From a virus: a stretch of 64,000 nt of DNA. Below are positions 39,409 to 47,920 of this stretch, one piece after another. The stretch lies in IMG/VR virus record IMGVR_UViG_3300045988_099631, positions 48,492 through 112,491 of that record, one strand, 5' to 3'. Each line of letters opens with the position of its first letter. The stretch's first letter is position 1. The translations under genes were made by a program, and so were the position numbers. Below the pieces are notes generated by a model that saw only the letters and a list, made by a program, of their open reading frames with translations, was not told where the DNA came from and searched no databases.

Positions 39409-39954
39409 ATGCAGGATATAAGAATCCATCGGGGCGACATTTTCTGGGTTCGTCAGGACTATGCTGCTGTCGGTTCAGAAACGAGAAAGAATCGCCCAGC
39501 AATCATTGTCAGCAACGATAAGAACAATACATATTCCGAAACTGTAGAAATAGTTTATCTTACAACTGCCGAGAAAAAGCCGATGCCTACACACGTTTCC
39601 ATTGAAACGATGGGCAAGCAATCTACTGCGCTTTGTGAGGCTGTCTACACAGTTGACAAGGAACGTTTGGAAAACTATTTTTGCACGCTGACAGCTGACG
39701 AAATGAAACTTGTTGACCAGGCTGTTCTTGTCTCCCTAGGGCTTACCGCCACTCCGACCTGCATCGTAGGTGTATCCCAATCGTTGGAATCAGAAAAGGT
39801 ACGCGTTCCGCTCAACGAGCCATTCGGATTAGAAGACGCATATCGTGTGATTCAGAAGGAACGCGATACGTTGCTTGCACAGAAAGAAATCTATGAGAAG
39901 ATCTGCGCCGCTACGCTGCCGTGTTGGCCGAAGGAGGGTGAGTTGGGCGTATGA
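39409..39954 (+). CDS. MazF/PemK-family endoribonuclease toxin with a roughly 68-aa C-terminal extension
   Basis: RGDIFWV...GSETRKNRPAIIVSNDKNN...PTHVSI...ALCEAVYTVDKERL...ADEMKLVDQAVLVSLGL parallels B. subtilis EndoA. An extra C-terminal tail follows. No antitoxin ORF lies upstream. Confidence 0.8.
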   Translation: MQDIRIHRGDIFWVRQDYAAVGSETRKNRPAIIVSNDKNNTYSETVEIVYLTTAEKKPMPTHVSIETMGKQSTALCEAVYTVDKERLENYFCTLTADEMKLVDQAVLVSLGLTATPTCIVGVSQSLESEKVRVPLNEPFGLEDAYRVIQKERDTLLAQKEIYEKICAATLPCWPKEGELGV

Positions 39955-41051
39955 TTTATCTCGATCATGCTGCTACTTCGCCCCCACTTCAATGCGCAAA
40001 GATCGCCTTCAATGCAGCATCAACGGCAGCGTGGGGGAATCCAAACTCTTTACATTCTTTTGGGCAAAGTGCCAGAAATGCGTTGGAAGCTTCCCGTGAA
40101 GCTGTAGCGCAGTGCTTAAAGTGCGACTCAGATCAAGTGTTCTTCGTTTCCTCTGCAACAGAAGCTTGCAGGATTGCAATCACGAGAATGACGGAAGCAT
40201 GTAAAAAAATCTATGTAACGAAAATAGAACATGCAGCCGTAACCAGCATAACAGACCGCAAGGTATATAGTGACCGCCGGGATGGTAATCGTGGTTTCGT
40301 GCATATTCACACCAACAACGAAACCGGTGAAATCTATGATTTGAGAAGTGCCTTTTCAGGGTATGATTTGACGTTCTCCGACTGTACCGCAGCCATGGGG
40401 AAGCAAAAAATCAACTTCCGTGAAAGCGGAATAGACTTCATTTGCGGAGGTGGTCACAAGTTTGGTGCTCCGATTGGAATCGGCGTGTTGATCGCGCGAA
40501 ATCCGGAAGCAATCACAACGAATTTTCATTTTGGAACGCCTTCTGCTCCACTCGCAGCCGCATTTGCAGAAGCGTTAGTGTTCAGGACAGACCATATAGA
40601 AGAGTTCAAAAATGCAGCAGCCACCTTGCATGACCGCCTGATTGATGGTATCATGAACGAAGTACCGGACGCACAGCTTAATGGGCTGCTTTACAAGGGA
40701 AATGAAATCATGCAATCTCCGTACATTGCAAACGTTTCCTTCCCGAACATCGAGAACCACGCACTTGTCCTGCGTCTTGCGGCTGACGGATTGATGGTTT
40801 CATCCGGTGCGGCGTGTTCTAGCGGAGATAACGCCCCGTCCCGTGTGCTTCTCGCTTCCGGATATTCTGAGGAACGCGCACGTTCGGCCATCCGGTTCAG
40901 TTTCGATTACAAACTCGACCCGAATGCAAATGATATGGGCTATAACTGCGGGCTGAACCTCGAACGATATATCAAAATCGTTGATGACGCAGTAAAAATC
41001 GTGGCACGGAATGTGCGGGAAATGCGGGAAATCGTATCATGCAGAGGCTAA
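39951..41051 (+). CDS. class V aminotransferase-fold cysteine desulfurase (NifS/IscS/DndA-like)
   Basis: Contains LDHAATSP, GNPNSLHSFG, GGGHKFGAPIGIGVL (PLP Lys) and SSGAACSSGDNAPSRVL (catalytic Cys). It has a 4-nt overlap with the MazF-like gene. Confidence 0.85.
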   Translation: MIYLDHAATSPPLQCAKIAFNAASTAAWGNPNSLHSFGQSARNALEASREAVAQCLKCDSDQVFFVSSATEACRIAITRMTEACKKIYVTKIEHAAVTSITDRKVYSDRRDGNRGFVHIHTNNETGEIYDLRSAFSGYDLTFSDCTAAMGKQKINFRESGIDFICGGGHKFGAPIGIGVLIARNPEAITTNFHFGTPSAPLAAAFAEALVFRTDHIEEFKNAAATLHDRLIDGIMNEVPDAQLNGLLYKGNEIMQSPYIANVSFPNIENHALVLRLAADGLMVSSGAACSSGDNAPSRVLLASGYSEERARSAIRFSFDYKLDPNANDMGYNCGLNLERYIKIVDDAVKIVARNVREMREIVSCRG

Positions 41052-41064
41052 AATAGGAGGAGCT

Positions 41065-41346
41065 ATGAGAACAGAAGCAGAATACGCAGAGATTGAAAAA
41101 CTTGCCGGCAAAGAAACCGTAGAAGCATTAAAAGAGAGTGATGCGGAACGTGACGAAAAACTCAAAGAGATTCGCAGTTTGAAAGAAACTCTTCTCCAAA
41201 TGAACGCAGCAGATGTTGGCAACGCTTTTAAGCAGGTTCTTGCAGATGACTTGAACATTAGTCGTGATATAAGGCCACAATCTGATGCCGAACTGGACGC
41301 GCTCTGTGCAATTACAAAAATTCAGCTTCTTGAGCTTGAAACGTAA
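41065..41346 (+). CDS. hypothetical coiled-coil protein
   Basis: ORF 41011..41346 trimmed to ATG 41065 after a TAGGAGG SD. Confidence 0.6.
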   Translation: MRTEAEYAEIEKLAGKETVEALKESDAERDEKLKEIRSLKETLLQMNAADVGNAFKQVLADDLNISRDIRPQSDAELDALCAITKIQLLELET

Positions 41347-41365
41347 AAATATTTTTCATCTGCGC

Positions 41366-41392
41366 GGGACAAAACTGATTTCCCGGTAGAAT
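41366..41392 (+). promoter_or_regulatory. cassette promoter copy 14
   Basis: GGGACA-15-TAGAAT, upstream of ATG 41444. Confidence 0.55.
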
Positions 41393-41443
41393 CATAACTG
41401 TAAGCCCTCACGGGCACATCAAAAATTATAGGAGGCAAACACA

Positions 41444-41788
41444 ATGGCAATGGATATTCAGGATATGGTGGCTGCAATGGCAGCGAAGAATGAGGCATTC
41501 CGTGGGACCGAGATGGTTCCTGAGAAGGTCGAGGTATACAGCAAACTCAAGGAACACGCGGCAGCGATTTCCAAGGCAATGCGTACCCCGTGGCACGCGG
41601 ATAATTTGGGACTGCGTGAGCAGAACACGTTCGTCTACGTTGACTTCCCGCTTCCAGTCAGTATTCTCAATGACAGCATCCGCAATCGCATTTCAGAAAT
41701 GTACAAGCTGGCAGATATGGTGACGCTCGCCGATGTCAACTGTCGGCTGCGCATGACATTCACTGTCGCAAATGTTTGGAAGGAATGA
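41444..41788 (+). CDS. hypothetical protein
   Basis: ORF in track with a cassette promoter and a TAGGAGG SD. Confidence 0.65.
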   Translation: MAMDIQDMVAAMAAKNEAFRGTEMVPEKVEVYSKLKEHAAAISKAMRTPWHADNLGLREQNTFVYVDFPLPVSILNDSIRNRISEMYKLADMVTLADVNCRLRMTFTVANVWKE

Positions 41789-41794
41789 GTGCGC

Positions 41795-41974
41795 ATGGAA
41801 GGTAAACTCCGCACGAACGTAATCAACAAGCGCTATACATTCCATGTGATGTACCGGGAAAAAGATGCTGAGTTCATTACTGTCGAGGCAGAAAGCGTAG
41901 ATGCAGCAGCGTTAAAGCTTCCAGAAGACAGATTCTGTTCCGTACTGATGTCAGAGGAAGACTGCGCAGGCTGA
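41795..41974 (+). CDS. small hypothetical protein
   Basis: ORF 41789..41974 (GTG) trimmed to ATG 41795. Confidence 0.5.
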   Translation: MEGKLRTNVINKRYTFHVMYREKDAEFITVEAESVDAAALKLPEDRFCSVLMSEEDCAG

Positions 41975-41995
41975 GTTTTTTTGGGAGGGATTGCG

Positions 41996-42295
41996 ATGAG
42001 GAAAATTTTCGTTGGGAAGCCAAACGGACAGATTCTGGCAAGAGGAAGAGGAACCCCAATGACACCAACGTATGCTGTCGCTAGGGAGCTTTGTCAGCTA
42101 TGCGGAGGAAACAGCATCGGCCCAATTCACACAACGCCAAACACACTCCGGTGGCTTGAAGAAAATCATGGTTTGTTTGGTATATTATGCGGCCCAGACT
42201 GGGATCACCAAAAAGAAATCGTCTACATGGGATACAGAATAATCTTCGATTCCGTTGAAGATGGTGTCATGTATTTTGATGACGAACACGACTAA
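41996..42295 (+). CDS. hypothetical protein
   Basis: ORF 41981..42295 trimmed to ATG 41996 after a GGGAGGG SD. Confidence 0.6.
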   Translation: MRKIFVGKPNGQILARGRGTPMTPTYAVARELCQLCGGNSIGPIHTTPNTLRWLEENHGLFGILCGPDWDHQKEIVYMGYRIIFDSVEDGVMYFDDEHD

Positions 42296-42302
42296 TATGC
42301 AA

Positions 42303-42340
42303 AGAACCGAGGGAGTCAATTATCCCTCGGTTCTCTTTTG
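42303..42340. terminator. bidirectional terminator between the convergent rightward and late leftward operons
   Basis: 12-bp perfect stem AGAACCGAGGGA-GTCAATTA-TCCCTCGGTTCT followed by CTTTTG. Confidence 0.75.
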
Positions 42341-42341
42341 C

Positions 42342-43271
42342 TCAGAAACAGAACGCAAAGCTCACGCCGTACAGTCCTGTGATTTCACCGCCGTTTGCAG
42401 ATCCGGAAGACCCTACAAAGCCAAAGCCACCCGCACCTGCAAAGTTTAGTGACCGCTCCCACCATATTGTTGCGGTTCCGTTCTTTGTCTTCACTCTATT
42501 TGCGGTGGTGTAATAGCTGTACTTTGTCCCCTCGCCTGCAGCGGAAACGACTCGGCTGCCAAAAATCTCAATTTCCGAGAGCAGAAACAGTTTATCCGCC
42601 GAAGTTGCAATAGAATATGATGTTGCCGCGCTCTTTTTGCTGACCTCCCGGACACCGTTTTTAACGCTCTGGGGCATAAGTGCCAGAATGGACGGCAGAT
42701 ATTCTGTTCGCATTTTACTGCTCTGCCAGCCGCCAACAACTGTTTCTGTATCATTCATGCCGTAACCCGTATCATAGCAGTCATGTAACTGGAACGTCAG
42801 CGGAGCTTTTCCAGAACCATCAGCGTAATCATCATGGCTCTTACCGATGATGTCCACCTGATAATTTGTGCCCCCGATAAGCATTGGCAAACTGTCCCCA
42901 ACAGACCATGTACTTGGAACCTGCCCAGATTGGCAAGCCGAAATGACTTGTCCCCATGTATTGTTGGAAAAAACCGCGTCTGGTGCGAAAGAAATTTGGA
43001 GAGATTGTGTTCCAACTTCGATTTCTTTTGATATGCTAGAATCACCTTTTACAACTGTGATTGTCCATTGGCCCGGTTCATAGACTGTCAGTGTGCAATT
43101 CCCACCAGTGTCTGCTGTTCCAGAAACCGTTGTTGTTCCCTTTGTTGCCGTGACGGTCGCACCTGCGCTCGTTTCCACTGCAATTTGATATACTCCGCCA
43201 GATGAGTCTGGTATTTCGATGGCCTTTCCGCCGACCGAAACTACCTTCCCTCCAACTGTCAATAATCTCAT
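42342..43271 (-). CDS. tail fibre-associated / receptor-binding protein with DUF6273-like C-terminal domain (tentative)
   Basis: Last gene of the late operon. LFLLSEIEIFG...WWERS...GVSFAFCF resembles the DUF6273 end motif. Confidence 0.65.
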   Translation of the reverse strand: MRLLTVGGKVVSVGGKAIEIPDSSGGVYQIAVETSAGATVTATKGTTTVSGTADTGGNCTLTVYEPGQWTITVVKGDSSISKEIEVGTQSLQISFAPDAVFSNNTWGQVISACQSGQVPSTWSVGDSLPMLIGGTNYQVDIIGKSHDDYADGSGKAPLTFQLHDCYDTGYGMNDTETVVGGWQSSKMRTEYLPSILALMPQSVKNGVREVSKKSAATSYSIATSADKLFLLSEIEIFGSRVVSAAGEGTKYSYYTTANRVKTKNGTATIWWERSLNFAGAGGFGFVGSSGSANGGEITGLYGVSFAFCF

Positions 43272-43288
43272 GGTTATTCATTCCTCCA

Positions 43289-45073
43289 TCAATTTGATGC
43301 CGCCCATACACCATTGACGACTTTCAACGTTTTTCCATTGTCTGATGCGGTAACTGGGACAGCCGGCATATAGTCCGTCCCTGGAATCGCCGCAGCAAGT
43401 GCGGTCGGTTTTCCATCTGCGTCAATAGCTGTCACTTTCAGCAAAGACCCAGCTGTCATTGCTGACTGAATGTTGATATAACTACCTGCTACTGTGTCAT
43501 TTACGCTCAAGAAGTTTTCGTTGCCTGACAACGTATATCGTGTACCCCAGTAGCCCTCTGCGCTGCCTTCCGAGTCAATATGGACGTAATAAATCATTAA
43601 TTCTTCCGGTGTGTTACCCTGTGTCATCTTTGTTAGAGCGAAATCGACATACCCAAACGCTTCATCAAAATCTGCAAGTGGAAGAAGCACGATTTCTGTA
43701 TTGGATGCCCCAAAGAGTTTCACTCTCGCGTAACACGAGTGCCCAGCCTTGTAAGCGGCAAGGATTTCGTCATACGTCTTTGTGTGTGTGACACTCTCAT
43801 CATAGGTATTCTCAGAATGAATGCCACAGCCGACAAAGAATGGTGTAGGAAGTTCTGTATCCGATGGCAATGCGCCAACATCGGACGCAGTGAGTTCGAC
43901 ATCTCCGGTTTTACCATTAACACTTGTAACAGCACCGGAAGTTCCGCCACCGCCACTTCCCGGTGATGTATAGAGTTTTCCGTTCTCATCAACACCGACG
44001 CTTTGTGTCATGCTGTCTGTCTTAGAAACAGGTTTAACGCCTCCTAAAGTGGTGCTATTTGCAACAGGCAGTGTATATGGGTCAGGTGTATTGCTCAAAT
44101 CATTATACGAACCGCTAAAGTTCGACGTGCCAGCCCCGATATTCGTCCGGGCTTGTTCCTTCTGATTAGCAGTAAGATTCTGGATTGTTATCTTGACCGC
44201 ATTTGTAACCACTGCACCGGTTGCTCCGTCAACGGATTTTACTGGGTATGGCGGCGCATTTTCCGTACCATACAAGCTCAACTCAGATGATGTCTTGTTC
44301 CCTTCAAGTGTAACACCATTTATCTGCGGTCTGTTTTCTAGTCCGTTATAATCCGTCGTGCCACCTCCGCCACCAGAATACTCAACCAGAGTTCCTTCTA
44401 GGGTCGTAGCAGCTTGAACATTTCCACTCCCGTCACCTTCCAGAATACCATCGACCATGATTTTCTGCTGCTTCTCTGCAAGCTGAGTCGGGGTTGCATA
44501 GGACTTAGACAGGTCAACAGCACCCGTCTCCCCATCAACAGAGGTAACAGGCGCGCTTTGAAGATAATCTGCTCCGGGAACAGCGGCTGTTACACCGCCG
44601 TTCCCGTCCCCTTTCAGAAGCCCAGCTACTTCAATCGCGTCTTGTTTTCCAGAAAGTTCATCAGCAGAAATTGCGCCGATGTTGTTTCTTGCCTGCGATT
44701 GTTGTGCCGCACTCAGTATTTGTGCGACATAGAGAACGGCGTTTTCGGCACTGCCGCCTCCGCCGCCAGACGATGGGCTACCGCCAAGAATGCTCAATGA
44801 ACCATTTCCACAAATGACAGCGTTTGTCATGCTGGAACCAAACACAAACACAGTGACCTGGCTTCCAACAGCGGCATTTGCCATGCTTGATACATACGGG
44901 AGCGCAATTTCCCCATCGAACGGACGTTGCACCGTGATTTTTCCATCCAGCGCCGGTTTCGTAACTTGAGCGCGGAAGTACCACACATTGGAACGTGTCA
45001 GTTCTTCAATTTTAGGTTTGAAATATTCCCATAGTCTGTCCGCAAACCGTTTCATTTCCTGATTTTCGTCCAT
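43289..45073 (-). CDS. tail fibre protein
   Basis: 594 aa. Has Gly-rich linkers (GGGGS) and repeated ..GLLKGDGNGGVTAAVPGADY / ..GILEGDGSGNVQAATT modules. Confidence 0.75.
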   Translation of the reverse strand: MDENQEMKRFADRLWEYFKPKIEELTRSNVWYFRAQVTKPALDGKITVQRPFDGEIALPYVSSMANAAVGSQVTVFVFGSSMTNAVICGNGSLSILGGSPSSGGGGGSAENAVLYVAQILSAAQQSQARNNIGAISADELSGKQDAIEVAGLLKGDGNGGVTAAVPGADYLQSAPVTSVDGETGAVDLSKSYATPTQLAEKQQKIMVDGILEGDGSGNVQAATTLEGTLVEYSGGGGGTTDYNGLENRPQINGVTLEGNKTSSELSLYGTENAPPYPVKSVDGATGAVVTNAVKITIQNLTANQKEQARTNIGAGTSNFSGSYNDLSNTPDPYTLPVANSTTLGGVKPVSKTDSMTQSVGVDENGKLYTSPGSGGGGTSGAVTSVNGKTGDVELTASDVGALPSDTELPTPFFVGCGIHSENTYDESVTHTKTYDEILAAYKAGHSCYARVKLFGASNTEIVLLPLADFDEAFGYVDFALTKMTQGNTPEELMIYYVHIDSEGSAEGYWGTRYTLSGNENFLSVNDTVAGSYINIQSAMTAGSLLKVTAIDADGKPTALAAAIPGTDYMPAVPVTASDNGKTLKVVNGVWAASN

Positions 45074-45091
45074 TGTGTGTTCCCTCCGCTA

Positions 45092-46609
45092 TCACAGTTT
45101 CCTGACGTATTTTTTGCTGACGTATCCTTCTTTTCCACTGGCTGTTCGCACATAGTACCAGTTCTTCGTCTGATACCCATACCATGTGACCAGTTCACCA
45201 AAATTGAGTACGAATCGGATTTCGCTGCTAGTAGTAGCGGCAGCGCGAAGGTTCAGTCCATTCGCCATGACTTTCAGTTTGACACCTTTCGATGCTGTTT
45301 TGTCCGTTTCTATCCAGGCTTCCGACTTTATCGGCTTCGTCTGCGCGTAATAGTTTCCGTATTGCCGCTTGCTCAAGTAGTTTCCGCTTCCGCCCTTCAA
45401 CCAGATTGCAACGAATCCACGCAGTTTGTTCGGACGCGCCCACACCTTTGTAGGTGTTACATAACTGCTGGAAGCACCACCATCAAGATTGATTGCGAAA
45501 TCGTACTTCTCATTGACGAACTTATTTGCAACAACGTCCATGGGGACTTGCTTTTCAGTGACAATAATCCCAAGGGTCTTCCCGCGCAGTCCCATCGCCG
45601 TCCGGTACTTGTTGCCCTCCAGCCCTCTGGGGACGCTAAAATCCTTCGTGCCGTTTTGAACCATAGCAGGATAGCCACCAACTGCATCTGGTGATGTGAC
45701 GGCTCCACGCGGTTCCTGAATGGGTGTTTTGTAATCCTTGAAGCCAATGAACGGTTGCCACCCCTGATATTCCATGGTTCCCTTGTGCTTGACGCCAGAG
45801 GCCGGCGTGTATTTTCCGTAATTGAACAGCTCGGCGTTGATAACGATGTCTGGATACCGGCCATTCCATTGTGCGCGAATTGCTACGCTGCCAGTCGTCT
45901 CGCCTCTTGCGTCGCTCATTTTGACGTGTTCGATGCAGTCAATGCAGGAGAATGGGATTTCTGCAAAAATGCCGCCTTGGAACTCTGCGTAGGTCACAGA
46001 CGTAGATTTCGGTTTTGACGATGGTGTCACGCTCTGTGGAGTGTTTGTGACGAGTTCCCATTTGGGCCTTCCAACGCCGCCGATAGCCGAAGAATTGCGG
46101 AAATACCACTTCTTGAATACTCCACCGCCATTCGCAATCACAACATTGCTTCCAGCTCCTGTGTTTCCTTCAATGGTATAGATTTTCGCGCTATCCACCT
46201 TGTACACAAGTCCGGTATGTGTCATGTTTCCGGGCTTCCCGAAGAAGAGCTGGTCGCATTCCTGGACATCTGCAATGGATACGGTCTGTCCGGCAGTTTT
46301 GTAATAGTTGTACGATTCCGTACAACCAGCACCATAGCCGCCCTTTGGCTGACACGTCAGCTTCATGCCAAGGTCGAATCCAAATGCCGTGATGAAGCAC
46401 CAGTCAACGAACATATCGCACCATGGAAGCCCCTGCTTGGGGGACTGATAAGTCCCCCATTTCGCATGATCGCGGGCGTACTTTGTGTAGTTGTTTCGGC
46501 CGACGTTTGCAGTTTTGCTGTCGAGCTGTGCATTCGTTGCTTTTTCCAAATACCCTTCTTCAGCCTCTGCTACGGAGATAAGTTTCTTTTGTGCATCCTG
46601 AATCGTCAT
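45092..46609 (-). CDS. endolysin: CHAP/NlpC-P60-like amidase + phosphodiester-glycosidase-like domain + SH3b
   Basis: ORF 45092..46639 trimmed to ATG 46609 after a GGAAGGAGG SD. Contains EEGYLEK..PWCDMFVDW..HTGLVY..TIEGNT, INLDGGASSS, and the C-terminal LNLRAAATTSSE..WYYVRTASGKEGYVSKKYV. Confidence 0.85.
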   Translation of the reverse strand: MTIQDAQKKLISVAEAEEGYLEKATNAQLDSKTANVGRNNYTKYARDHAKWGTYQSPKQGLPWCDMFVDWCFITAFGFDLGMKLTCQPKGGYGAGCTESYNYYKTAGQTVSIADVQECDQLFFGKPGNMTHTGLVYKVDSAKIYTIEGNTGAGSNVVIANGGGVFKKWYFRNSSAIGGVGRPKWELVTNTPQSVTPSSKPKSTSVTYAEFQGGIFAEIPFSCIDCIEHVKMSDARGETTGSVAIRAQWNGRYPDIVINAELFNYGKYTPASGVKHKGTMEYQGWQPFIGFKDYKTPIQEPRGAVTSPDAVGGYPAMVQNGTKDFSVPRGLEGNKYRTAMGLRGKTLGIIVTEKQVPMDVVANKFVNEKYDFAINLDGGASSSYVTPTKVWARPNKLRGFVAIWLKGGSGNYLSKRQYGNYYAQTKPIKSEAWIETDKTASKGVKLKVMANGLNLRAAATTSSEIRFVLNFGELVTWYGYQTKNWYYVRTASGKEGYVSKKYVRKL

Positions 46610-46642
46610 TTTAACGTTCCTCCTTCCATACGGATGCAATGA

Positions 46643-46864
46643 TTATTCTTGGTCATCGTGTGTTGGCTTGTTCTTGTCTTCGCCCTTTGCGCTTTGGTAT
46701 CCAAAGTAGAACGTGAGTACCATAACGATGATAGAATAGAAATCTTTCGGTTCCACTCCGCCCTTGAGCGCCATCACGACGAATGCTGTGGTAAGCAAGA
46801 TTGTAACGAGAGATTTGACCTTGAATAAGTTTTCGACGACAGTTTGCCACCAGTTGTTGTTCAT
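46643..46864 (-). CDS. holin (two TM segments, charged C-terminus)
   Basis: 73 aa, immediately upstream of the endolysin in transcription order. Confidence 0.7.
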   Translation of the reverse strand: MNNNWWQTVVENLFKVKSLVTILLTTAFVVMALKGGVEPKDFYSIIVMVLTFYFGYQSAKGEDKNKPTHDDQE

Positions 46865-46878
46865 AATAGTTTCCTTTC

Positions 46879-47145
46879 TCAGTCTTTAAGAACTGACTCA
46901 ATAATTCGTGCCGTTGCGTCGAGGCCGTACTTGTCGGCCAGTTCCCGGACGAATTTTAATGCGTACTTGCTCCGGTTTTCGTTCTTTGCTTTCCAGAAGT
47001 AGAACGCAGTAGCACCACCGCATTCTACAATCCAACCACAAAGAACAGTTGCAGCAGCTGTTTTGTCTTCAACAGCCAAAAAGATGATTATGAAGACACC
47101 CAGCATCAGGTATGAGAAAATTAAGATTTTTTTGCTCCACTCCAT
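46879..47145 (-). CDS. membrane protein, possible second holin/holin partner
   Basis: 88 aa with two hydrophobic segments, then WKAKNENRSKY. Confidence 0.6.
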   Translation of the reverse strand: MEWSKKILIFSYLMLGVFIIIFLAVEDKTAAATVLCGWIVECGGATAFYFWKAKNENRSKYALKFVRELADKYGLDATARIIESVLKD

Positions 47146-47146
47146 G

Positions 47147-47452
47147 TCACGTCACCACTTCCCACTCGTCCACTTCCTTCTTGATCTTGTCGATGAATGA
47201 ATTTCCCTTCAAGGCTTTATAGGCTTTGTACGAATACTCGAAGTTTTCGGCTTCATACTGCCGGATTTTCTGTGCATCCTTGTTCTTATAATAGGTGTGC
47301 AGCATATCCGCACGAAGCTGACACTTCATCCCGGCTTTGACTGCGCTATCTCCCATGACCCACTCTCGGATTGGCCGGACAAGAATCACCAGTACAGTGC
47401 CAATCGTAGTAATACCACCGAAGACGGTCACGATGTCTTTGAAAATATCCAT
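47147..47452 (-). CDS. membrane-anchored hypothetical protein
   Basis: ORF 47147..47551 trimmed to ATG 47452 after a TGGAGAA SD. Has an N-terminal TM helix. Confidence 0.6.
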   Translation of the reverse strand: MDIFKDIVTVFGGITTIGTVLVILVRPIREWVMGDSAVKAGMKCQLRADMLHTYYKNKDAQKIRQYEAENFEYSYKAYKALKGNSFIDKIKKEVDEWEVVT

Positions 47453-47530
47453 TGTTTTTCTCCAATCGTTTTGTCTGTATAGGCAAAGAGAAAGAGGACA
47501 GTGAACGTAGCCATCTTTCGCTTCGCTCAC

Positions 47531-47573
47531 AGCCCTCTTCGGCTCTTCCACACCGCTCTTTCAGTGCGGGAAA
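47531..47573 (-). repeat. conserved hairpin module, copy 1 (late operon)
   Basis: AGCCCTCTTCGGCTCTTCCACACCGCTCTTTCAGTGCGGGAAA matches 62373-62415 at 38 of 43 positions. Confidence 0.8.
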
Positions 47574-47583
47574 TGATTCTGTT

Positions 47584-47733
47584 TTATTTTGCAATGGGGG
47601 GTGGAATCCACTTGCCGCAGAAGAAGTGGATGCAGGCGCTGATTCCGTATGTGGATTCAATGGAGGATTTGCACGTTTTTGTTTCGCTGCTGTTGGCGTC
47701 GAGCATTCTGCGAATCAACCATCTGTTAATCAT
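47584..47733 (-). CDS. small hypothetical ORF (49 aa)
   Basis: Below the ORF-track cutoff. Its ATG overlaps the upstream stop. Its own stop sits 11 nt before a conserved hairpin, mirroring the 62425 gene end. Confidence 0.35.
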   Translation of the reverse strand: MINRWLIRRMLDANSSETKTCKSSIESTYGISACIHFFCGKWIPPPIAK

Positions 47734-47902
47734 CGTCTATGTCCTTTCTTGTCGAGCGTCTTTTGACGCTATCAATTTGTCGGCTTGTCTTCTTGAACTG
47801 CGTTCCTTTGCAAAGCCAATACCGTTTTGTTTCCCCAATTACATAGAATGTTTCTCCTGTTTTGAGTCTAAGCACGAGCTGTGAATATTTTTTCTCCCCC
47901 AT
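47726..47902 (-). CDS. small basic hypothetical protein (58 aa)
   Basis: Below the ORF-track cutoff, with a GGGAGG SD. Own translation: MGEKKYSQLVLRLKTGETFYVIGETKRYWLCKGTQFKK... Confidence 0.4.
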   Translation of the reverse strand: MGEKKYSQLVLRLKTGETFYVIGETKRYWLCKGTQFKKTSRQIDSVKRRSTRKDIDDD

Positions 47903-47920
47903 CTGTATGCACCTCCCTTC

